Below are positions 53,641-64,000 of a stretch of DNA of 64,000 bases, one piece after another (the first letter of the stretch is position 1; each line of letters begins with the position of its first letter). This DNA comes from Lama glama (taxonomy: Eukaryota). Position numbers and translations under genes: made by a program. The stretch covers positions 74,588,001 to 74,652,000 of the forward strand of contig CM052817.1 of NCBI GenBank assembly GCA_028534125.1, read 5' to 3'. The notes beneath the pieces are model-generated. The model ran no database searches and was not told the origin of the DNA. It saw only the letters and a list, made by a program, of their open reading frames with translations.

Positions 53641-55964
53641 AGGGGACGAAGCAAGGGATGATCTGCTTCAAAGTTCCCCAAAGTTCCCTAATCATCAGGC
53701 AAGTTTGTAGAACTTCAGATGATCTTCAGATGATCATCTTCAGTGACAGTGATCATCTTCCCAAGATGTCTTCAGAACGCTTGTGGGGTTAATTTACATA
53801 ATGTTCAGGATCCTGGCCCCATATCACACCTGTCTTCTGGTTCACTATCACTCTGGTGCACCTGGCTGACCTTCAACACAATGATTTTGTTGCATTAGAG
53901 CTTCCTAACCAGTAGATGCTCTTGAAAGTGCAGTGAGCCCCAGCCCAGACCTAAGGAATGGCAATCTCTGAAGGTGAAGTGCAGACATTTGCATTTCTGA
54001 CAATATTCCTGGGTGATACCTGGGTACAACATAACTACAGCGTTAAAACTTGCCTGGCATGGAGAGCAGAGACAATGAATCGTGGGAGCCCAAGGGGCAG
54101 ATGTTAATATCCTTCTCTCCTTTTGTCCAGTCACAGCATCTTTTCATAGAGCGAAATGAAGCCACTCTGTAGTAATACCAAAGATAGCCTTTGAAAGTCT
54201 TCAGTGCGTGGGTTGTGAGAACTGTACCTATGAAAGGTAAATAGGACTCTCGTGTCAATGAAATTGTTCCCACTCACTCCACAAATATACTTGATTGTGT
54301 ATAGACATTTACATTTGGGGATGTGGCCTAAAATTAGGGAAAGCAGGGTTATCAAGACATAGTCACTTTGTAGTTCCTTGATCTTGCTGAGGTTTCTGTG
54401 GAACTTGAACTTGGTGGAGATAATGAATTCATTTTCTAGAAAAAAAAACTTAAAATTTTCACCATTATCATCCAGCTGTACCTTGAGGCATTTTCTTATT
54501 TTTACCAAAGACCCACTGGGAAAAAACGCAGAAATAAGTGACTTAAAGTTAAATACTTTTTATAAAATATCCACTTGTTTAACTCCCGTCTCCCCTGCGG
54601 GACAATACAGGAACTGCATATTCTGTCTTGTCGTTGTGTAACTAGCGCTTGGCCCTGCACCCAGCATATAAGTGATTAAAATGTTTGCTTATTTGCAATC
54701 AAATAAAGGCCATGTATATCACTTGCTAAAAACTCTCCAAGTATGAAAACTTTTTAAAAATTTTACTTATAACTGGAATGGTGTGGAAAACCGCAGCAGC
54801 AGCAGCAGTGACAATCCAGTAACGTTAAACATGGAAATAGAAACTCAGAGATTCCCTTATGGCATTTATTCTGGATAATTAGTACAGACATTCTAATTAA
54901 CTATTTTAGATGTAAGAAGTGATGATTCTTAACTCCCTCATCAAACATCTCAAAGCCCACATTAAGAGCTGGACTAGTTGGTATTTCCTGGCTTTATATT
55001 AGCTTTGTAGTTAATACTAGCTATATAATATAGCTTTCTATCTACATGCATATCTATGTTTCTATATCTACAGATAGAGACGGTTATCAGGCTAGTGAAA
55101 TCTCTCTCTCTATATGGCCTATATGAGAAGTGTAAAGATTATCTAAAAAAGTCTTTGTGATTGCATGATCAATAGCAGATTTAAATTTGACAGTTTCTAA
55201 GTTTTACACTTAATCTGTTTTTAAATTTCTTTGCTGGTATTTTATGATTATTTAGAAAATGAGGACATTTCTAATGCAATTTCATATTGGTTAGCATCGT
55301 GTTAATAGTATTTCACATCAGATAAGAGTAGTGACTGGCCCAACTCTAGTTCCTGACTAACACTTAATAGCTGTACATATGCCCTTTTATGGGGCAAGGT
55401 CCTGTCGGGACAGAGAGCACCAGTAGCCTGAATGTTACCTAAGTATAAATTGTTATTTAGGATAAATGAAGTCGAATTCTAGATTTCTCAAGAGGTTGCA
55501 AGCGCTGGAAGCAGCCCTCTTCTCTGATACTAGGGGAGCAAAGAGATGGAGTTACTGAAATTTAGAACCTTAGGGAAAGGGCCCCAAGGGCATGGGACCT
55601 GGACCTCTGAGGAGAGGGGCTTAATGAAGCTGGTTCTACAAGCATCAGTTGCAAAGTGGATTCTCATGCAGCTAGAGACAGGAATTCTGCTGTGGGAGTG
55701 AGAAACCTGCACGGCTAATGCCCACAGCACGCACAAGCAGACAAGAAGCCTACAGGAATCCCCCAGGAAACAGTCAGGGAAAACCGTGCCCCTTCCTCCT
55801 CCTTCTCCAGCCTCACACCCCCTCACATGCCCACTCTTGGCAGAAACTAACACAGACCCAGCTGCAGAAACAAACACCTGGCTTCTCAGCCTGAGAATCA
55901 CAAAGCGCAGGGGAGAAAGGCCGAGGGAGAAGATAAAAACTGGTGCAGGGAGCATAGTGATAAG

Positions 55965-56190
55965 CACTGCGTGGTAGATAAGAGGGTTAGGCCTGGTAGG
56001 CCGCCCAAATTCAGTTCCCGACCCCATCACTTAACAGCTATATGATCTTTGGTTACTTAGGCTTGATAACGTTAATTTGCCCTGGGTATAAAGTAGGAAC
56101 CACGTTAACGTCTTAGAGCTGTGAGGAGTAAATTCAATGACGAGGTAAACTGCTTATCATCCAGGCAGAGTGTGTGACAAATGTTAGCTA
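55965..56190 (+). mobile_element. MIR relic
   Basis: gcgtggtagataagag..cacttaacagctatatgatcttt..gctgtgaggagtaaat..aaatgttagcta. Confidence 0.6.
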
Positions 56191-59057
56191 GTATAAATTT
56201 TATTTGCATTATATAGTAAGATAGTACCTTGGTATTTTTTAACTAAAAACTTCAGACTTACGTTACAGATTAGTAGTTTTCAACTTACGAGTCTCCAATA
56301 CCTGGGAAGTCTTGGATTTGCAGTAGCATACCTGGAAATTAATATGCATATTTCAAGCAATAATATTCTGATAAAGTGTATCTACTGTCACTCATTAATT
56401 CATAATTTCCCCATTATGTGCAGTGTCCCTGTCACTGTAGATCTCAGAGTTCACCAGAGGAGAGAGACAACTAAACAATTACAGTAAAGTAGTATAAAGG
56501 TCGCAGTAGTGAAAGAACAGAGTTGGGTAACTAACCTCAACAAGGGCTCAGAGGATATTTTCCAAGGAAGAGAATCTGAGACCTAGCAGACTAGCCAGGC
56601 AAAGTTTGCAGGAACAGAGGCACTCCACATACTTTATAAAATTAAAAATAAAGAATTTACAAGCAAAAGGTTTCACACCACTAGCGACAACAGAAAAGTG
56701 TTCAAGGAACATATTAAGAAGATCTTCAGATGGCACAGTGAGAATATTTAGTCCTGTTTCTTGAAAGGTTTAGGACAATATCACATTTTTTTCATATCCT
56801 TCTAGAGAATTCAGTGGAGTACTGAGTAGATAAAGCTCTCTATATATTTGTTGGGAAGTACAGTTCTATAGTTTTGTACTGTTATGGCTCAGGGTCTGTC
56901 TGGTGAGATCAGTATCCATCATCCATTGAAGCCTTGGATTATCAGCTGAGCACCTTGACATTTTGGAACAGATTACAAAGTGGGGAAGGAAGTGAACCGT
57001 GTTCTAGTAATCCAGTTAATAATAATCCAGAGTATAGATCTCTATTATATATATATGTTTTCACATTCTGTAATAGACATATGAATAGCTATGTACTCCT
57101 ACATACAGTAGTAATGGAGTGATGCTTCCAAGGCTGTTGCATCATATTGTTTTTTCCTTCTTGGTCCCTGGTTTTAATTGCACATCCATCGTGTTACAGA
57201 AATCAGAGAACTATTGCCATGACCGTCGACATGTGAACTTGATTATAAAAGATAAATTTTGTATCTAGTTTTCATATATTTGTTGTATAGTTATCATTGC
57301 CAGAAAAACCTCAGTCTTTTAGTTCAGTCGCAGACCTGCCTTTAATGATATTCTCTGAGCTAATAAATCATACCTTGTGCTAGACTATTATTTCTTTATA
57401 AAATACATGTGATATTTATTATCAGGCTCCAAGGATTCTACAAATGATTAGTGAGACAGTGATTTCAAAGCTGTCTGGTGTTCTCTGGGAGAAGAGTACA
57501 TTGCACGAGATGGGCATTAAATAGAAGACTGCATCCATATACAGATGAGAAACAATGACAATAACCCTTTACATTTGGTGCACTCCTAAACTGTACTAAA
57601 AAGGCAAGAGTATTTTTATAATATTCTCTATAATGAGGAAAAGGAGGCTAAAACATAAATGTGTCTGTGTATGTGTGTGGGTGTATGTTTCCAGCAGAAC
57701 TAGCTTGAAGGGGAATAATTGGAAAACACAGAGATTCCTGACACCTTAATTCCAGTAGAGATGGTATTCCTACGCAGAATGAGATTAATTTTAGGATACA
57801 TGGAATAACCATAAATTGTTCAGTAATCGAATAAGGAAAAAGGCTCAGAAAATTTATTTTTCCAAAGTCACACAAATAGAGAGATGGCCAAGAGAGGAGA
57901 CATATCTCCCCTTCCAGAGTAAATCAACAGATAATAAGCACGTGCCAAGCATCCTTTCTGGGAAATGTCAGAGGAAGGCATGATTCCTCAGGAATATACA
58001 ATCTAGTGTGGTTTCCAGCTCTTCACACATTTGTGTTGTATCAAGGACAGCAATTTGAAGGAAGCCATGAATTGAAGGTGATAAAAAAATACACATCCAG
58101 AGTGATGTGACATACATATATTTAATATGTATTATGTACACACTATATTTCTATATAAATTGGAAAGTTAAAAAAAATTGGGGGGGAAAACAAAGAGAAA
58201 TGCAACAAATCAAAGGCAAACAAAATCTATGATGAAGAATTTTTGCACTAAGATAGAATAAATAGTCATTGAATTAATATAAGCATTGTACACTAAGATG
58301 CTATGCCAGTTACACTTTCAAAACACCTGACCATCTTTCACTATTCTGTATTTGTCTGTTCTTCTCATGTACTCAGCTAAACATAGGAGCAGCTCCACAG
58401 CTAGAAGGCACACTCACATGTACTAAAAGTCCTTCTCTTTGTGGACTAATTTCCCTTCTTACAGGTGTAGTTAAAATTAAACCCAACCATTTTGTTAGGT
58501 AAACTAGTTACTGCTACTCCAGGGTAATTTCCATAAAGTACTAGTAAGACTAATAATTAGATACCTAAATTTCTAAATGACTTTATTGATTTTCTAATTG
58601 CTTAATACAGTAATTAAGACATCTACAGGGGAAATGAAAGCACTTAAACTGTGCCAACTACTTTGATTACTTATTTTGTAATGTTTCAGTAGTTGCAACC
58701 TCTGTTGCAGGCCAATCCGTGGTCAGGTTTGCAATCCAGGATCTACGTCATCTGTATTGCTGCTAAAAGCTTAGGCAGTTATTCCATATTATGAGGCTTC
58801 TTCCACAGGAATGTATCTTTGAATACAACAGTAATAGGTTCTATTACAGCACACTTAAGTAGGCTGCTTCTCTATGAGCTCAGTTTCCAGATACTCTTTG
58901 TCCATTGTAAGACTGCATTTACTACCAGAAAATACTCATAAAATCGAAATATAAAAAATTACCATTTCCAAGCAGGTGTTTTTCAACCTATTATTTGAGA
59001 TTGACTGAATCACTCCAGTATCCAGTAGTATTTATCAACCGCCTATTATGTCCTAAG

Positions 59058-59216
59058 TTTAAGCTTCTTGGGTTTTTTGTTTGTTCATTTGTTTATTTGT
59101 TTGTTTGTTTGTTTTTAGGTGGAGGTACTGAGGACTGAACCCAGGACCTCATGTATGCTAAGCGTGGGCTCTATCACTGAGCTATACCCCGCCCCCTTAG
59201 CTATACCTCCACCCCT
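59058..59216 (-). mobile_element. tRNA-Ala-derived SINE (vic-1-like) with (AAAC)n tail and duplicated head
   Basis: ggaggtactgaggactgaacccaggacctc..gagctatacccc; TSD ttatgtcctaag (59046-59057) / ttatgtcataag (59217-59228). Confidence 0.9.
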
Positions 59217-59522
59217 TTATGTCATAAGCACTCAGGGTAAATGTCTTTAAAAATTGAGAATCTCACTTCAAAGACATATTTTCAAAAAAATTATATTGAA
59301 GCATATATTTGAGGCTAATATTATTAAAAATTTATTTGATTTGAAGGTGAATATACATGTACAAATTAATTTTAAAAATACTTTCAAATGTAACTGTCTA
59401 AAGATTGTCCTTCAACTATGTTTTGGGATGCCCTTCAATTATGTTTCCATTTCTCAAACTAGGTTTGGAATTTCCCACTTGGAATTGTTTCTAGAGCAGG
59501 TTGACAAGCCACATTAAACATA

Positions 59523-59943
59523 TGTCTCAAACAATAATCAGTATCAAGGCTACAAAGAGCAAAAGAGCTTTATTTGGTGTCTTAAGAATCATAATTCAAG
59601 AGACATGGATTTGGGAAAAATCTGAATGAGTGTTCCAGAGGAGAAAGAGTCAGGGTCTTATAAAGACAAAAGCCACAAAGGTGTTAAAATTGTCTGGCAA
59701 GAACTGTGATTGACTCTGACATAGTCAGGAAATATTGGTCCTTCAGGAATCAGGAGTAATTTTAGGGTCTAATAAGTGTCTTGAGCTTCTGGCAGATGTT
59801 CTGGATGCCTTCGTTAGGAAAATAAGTGGTCCAAAAGTCAGATTCTGAGATGTGCATAAGTCACACTTCCTCAGTGGCCTCCCAGCTCCATTTTAACAGA
59901 GCTCTCTCACCAATACCAACTTCATTTTGATTTTCCTTTTGCA
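59523..59943 (-). mobile_element. ERV1-class solo LTR (MER31/MER67-like)
   Basis: Minus strand starts tgcaaaaggaaaatcaaaatg..aaaatggagctgggaggcc; tttataa and aataaa in LTR order. Confidence 0.65.
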
Positions 59944-60639
59944 TAAGATGTTTCTTCATTGTGTTATTTCTTGACCAAAATAGGACCTTACCATCTTGAC
60001 TCGATCCAGTTCACCAGGCTTGGCTCAGAATGGCATTTATTTCCAACAAGCAAATTCATTCACAAAAGACAAAGATCTCTTATTATTAAAAATTCTCCTA
60101 AGTGTTGTACCACAGGCCTTGATGGCAACTCTTTAAGATTAGTTCTAGCTTTCTTTACCCGTGGCTACTGTAGACAAGTACACAGTTTCCCAAGGTAAGT
60201 ACTTTGTAGGAAATGATTCATTTGGATGTCTTAAGTTCCGGTATTTTTGTTAAAACAATCTGTTCCATTAACTTACGATACTTCATTAGGCCCTGTGAGT
60301 TAAAATGTTAAAATTCTCTCTGCTATTTACAGTGATTTACAGATCCTATAAATTAACACAGATCTTACTGCCACTTCATACAAGCTTTGAAAACATTGTT
60401 TCAACTCAATAATAAAATGATAAAGGATTTTCAGATATTTGTATTAATTAATGAAAAGCAAGGCTTATCTCTGTCATAATGATTATGGAGACTGTTTCGT
60501 GTTATGTTACAGATACTAGTGATTTCCTTTGCAAGAGTTAATATTTTGTTAACAGAATCCCAGTTTTTTTTTAAGACAGTGATGTGCCAGCTCTACTGGG
60601 TGAATTTTAACTGGTCTAAACACATCATAGTAATACCTT

Positions 60640-60940
60640 TTCTCTTTGCAGTGATTGGTCTCGTAACTCAGCTTGGCCAATGAGAAGTAAGAATAAATAC
60701 GCTGAGAAATGTCTTCCAAGAAACATATTCCTCATAATGAGATACTCAAGGAGAAAGCCTTAGTTTCTGTCTACTCCTTGCCTTCTTACTTGGGATACTG
60801 GATGTGTAGCCCTGTCATCCATGCTGCAACCATGAAAGCAGAAAGGTTGAAAGAGCCCAAATCCTGATGGCACCATTGAATCACTGCACCAAACCTGGTA
60901 CCACCAACCTCTAGTCTACTTATTATATGAGATAAAGACC
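60640..60940 (+). mobile_element. Old MLT1 (I/J-like) LTR relic
   Basis: gtgattgg..tggccaatgag; tcctgatggcaccattgaatcactgcacca..acctctagtctactt. Confidence 0.6.
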
Positions 60941-61290
60941 TTAGTGATCAGGCCACTATACATGGGGAGTGCAATATTTCTAGATAAAGGCCTCCTAACT
61001 GATTTAAGGAATGAGCAGTAGCTCTTGGGTGATCATTAAAAAGGCATTTTGCTGATGTGTAAGTGCTATTGATTCTAGAGCTATCAGAAATGGAGCTATA
61101 GTCTTCCCTAAGAAAATATCTAGCATACATTCCCCAATTTTGATAAAATATATGTCTACCAATGTCAGTGAGTATTCTTAACATTATATCATGCTTTTTA
61201 TATCACCTTTTATTTTTCATAGTTAATATTTATTTCTTACATTGTCGTGCATAAATGCTGTATCAGTATTGCTTTATGGATTCCTCTTTA

Positions 61291-62255
61291 CTTTATTTAT
61301 TTTTTTAAACACTTTTTATTGATTTATAATCATTTTATGATGTGTCAAATTCCAGTGTAGAGCACAATTTTTCAGTTATACATGAACATATATATATTCA
61401 TTGTCACATTTTTTTCTCTGTGAGGTACTGTAAGATCTTGTATATATTTCCCTGTGCTGTACAGTATAATCTTCTTTATCTATTCTACATTTTGAAATCC
61501 CAGTCTATCCCTTCCCACCCCCCACCTCCTTGGCAACCAGAAGTTTGTATTCTATGTCTATGAGTCTTTTTCTGTTTTGTTTTGTTTTGTTTTGTTTTGT
61601 TTTGTTTTNNNNNNNNNNNNNNNNNNNNNNNNNNNNNNNNNNNNNNNNNNNNNNNNNNNNNNNNNNNNNNNNNNNNNNNNNNNNNNNNNNNNNNNNNNNN
61701 NNNNNNNNNNNNNNNNNNNNNNNNNNNNNNNNNNNNNNNNNNNNNNNNNNNNNNNNNNNNNNNNNNNNNNNNNNNNNNNNNNNNNNNNNNNNNNNNNNNN
61801 NNNNNNNNNNNNNNNNNNNNNNNNNNNNNNNNNNNNNNNNNNNNNNNNNNNNNNNNNNNNNNNNNNNNNNNNNNNNNNNNNNNNNNNNNNNNNNNNNNNN
61901 NNNNNNNNNNNNNNNNNNNNNNNNNNNNNNNNNNNNNNNNNNNNNNNNNNNNNNNNNNNNNNNNNNNNNNNNNNNNNNNNNNNNNNNNNNNNNNNNNNNN
62001 NNNNNNNNNNNNNNNNNNNNNNNNNNNNNNNNNNNNNNNNNNNNNNNNNNNNNNNNNNNNNNNNNNNNNNNNNNNNNNNNNNNNNNNNNNNNNNNNNNNN
62101 NNNNNNNNGATATTGAGCATTTTTTCATGTGCTTTTTGATCATTTGTATTTCTTCCTTGGAGAATTGCTTGTTTAGGTCTTCTGCCCATTTTTGGATTGG
62201 GTTGTTTGTTTTTTCTTATTAAGTCATATGAGCTGCTTATATATTCTGGAGATCA
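61291..62255 (-). mobile_element. Young 5'-truncated L1 spanning the second gap
   Basis: 3'UTR like 34078-34879 with (TTTTG)n; ORF2 resumes after the gap; TSD ggattcctcttta (61278-61290 / 62256-62268). Confidence 0.93.
61609..62108. other. Assembly gap (500 N)
   Basis: Run of N. Confidence 1.
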
Positions 62256-64000
62256 GGATTCCTCTTTAGAAAATTTCAAGTATGTGTTTTCTCTAAGTAT
62301 GTTAGGTTACAGTTTTCTTTCTGAATTCACTCAACAAATGTGTATAAATATATATGTTTCATTGTCTACCCTACCCTATCTGTGTGTAAGAGGAAGTTAG
62401 AAGATATGAGGTCAGATATAAGAATGAAAACATATAGTTAATATGCACAAGGCACTTACATTCTAATAGGAATTTGAGATGTACATAAATAAGTACAGAC
62501 CCTGTCAAGTGAAAACCCTGTCCAAAGAACCACGGGTGCAGGAGGGAAGGAGAGATATTTTTCAGGGATGCTTCACAATGGACTGAACATTTCAGTGATG
62601 GCTAGGATTTTTAAAAAAATGAAGACTGAGAAGAGTATATTCTATAACTCTCTGTATTTATAATGTAATATCTCCCACATAGCACACATCCATATCTTGA
62701 AGTCTAAAGACTGGTTTTGCTGGAGTGAAGATTTTACACTGGGATACAGTCAGTTTGGACTGTATTGCAAAAAGCATGTTGAACATCTGCAATCTGTTTT
62801 CATTTTTTCTTCATTCTATTTCTGTTCAGTTGATCCAAGAAGGTGTTCTATCATATAGATTTGTTGAATTTTGGTCCAGCCCAGCAGGCCATGTAAATCT
62901 ATGTGTTTGGAGGAATGGGGATTTTAGTGGTCTGATTTCCTCTTTCTCGACTTCAGACTATTTTTTGAAAGTTATTTGTTCTTATTATCAGATCCTTCCT
63001 GTTTCCCAGAATTTTTCAATGCCCCCAAGGAAACTGGATATATCTAAGACCAGAGTCACCTATTTAATCAGAGTGAACCTAGCTCTATGTGAAATTATGT
63101 GAGAAGCAGTGGTGTCAGGAACTGTCACCTGTATTTAGATATGATTCAGCTCTCTGGGGAGAAAATATTTTCATTCTGGTGCTAAGCAGCCACTCATTTA
63201 TTAAATCCATTTAACACCATGATTTTTAGCATACCCTGAACCAGGTAGTGTTCTGGGCACTGAAGACATAATGAATAAAAAAATCAAAATCCCTTTTCTC
63301 AGGGAGATTAAATTGTAATGGTAGCTTTGGTTAGCTTGCAAATAAATTAGTTATCACATTCTGCTCAAATGTCATTTTCTCAAGAAAGCCTTCTCAGCTA
63401 TTTCTCAAGCTCTAGTCCTGTATTACCTGCTGGTTAGCTCTGCTGGCTTTTTTTCCCTGCATAAGAATAATTTGCTCTTCCCTCTATTTCTCCCTCTCTC
63501 TCTCTCTCTCCTCCCCATCCCTCTTTCTTCCCCCCTCCGCTCAATAAACTGTGAGCTGTTTGAGGGCAAAGACCAGTATCAATATCTTTGAATTAAAAGA
63601 GAATATTGTCAATAGATGTTTATAAGTGAATTTAGTAGATATTTGGTATCCACTATGTGAAGACTTTAAGGCCTCCTCACCAAGATCTTTCTCTCTCAGT
63701 GTGTCATGAAAATCCAGTGTGTATGGATTTCCAAGAATATGAACCAAACTTAAGATTCCATAAGTTGACAGTAGATATTTAATTAGCAATTAGCAATGAA
63801 AAAATATTAGCTTGAACTTCTGGGTTATAAAACACACAACTTTGGAAAAAGCATTAGAGGGAAATGTAGGGAATGGCTCCAAATTTTTCAGAAGGCCAAC
63901 TCACTTAGCTGGAAATTTCCAAAACTTCATGTTAACACAGTTGAGTGATGATGCTATGTATTAGCTAGTTGTGGTCATGCAGCATCATACTTTTTAATTC

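Noticed and set aside
55530..56030. 166-aa minus-strand ORF
   Set aside because: Starts inside a MIR relic; no recognisable protein similarity.
1..64000. CRISPR arrays, operons, rRNA, intact ERV or transposase genes
   Set aside because: No repeat-spacer periodicity or matching coding sequence seen; the DNA is mammalian and non-coding.

Overview
AT-rich, repeat-dense mammalian genomic DNA (intergenic or intronic) with two 500-N assembly gaps. tRNA-Ala-derived short SINEs of the vic-1 type suggest a camelid (inference). I recognise no host protein-coding gene: the meaningful ORFs are broken LINE-1 ORF1/ORF2 pieces, and the rest look like chance frames. Content: several age layers of L1 (many with clear target-site duplications, TSDs), MLT1 and ERV1-like solo LTRs, Tigger1/MER5/MER58 DNA-transposon fossils, MIR/L2 relics and three SINEs. 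The most unusual object is a TSD-flanked 3.0-kb L1 derivative at 15708-18731 with the 5'UTR, ORF1 and the normal 3' end, but lacking the endonuclease and reverse transcriptase of ORF2. It has a half-L1-like layout, and its junction is compatible with splicing. A younger L1 tail is nested in it, and a tailless internal ORF2 fragment lies beside it. Several + strand exon-like segments could belong to an unannotated spliced non-coding transcript. Repeat family names come from recalled consensus similarity, not a database search.
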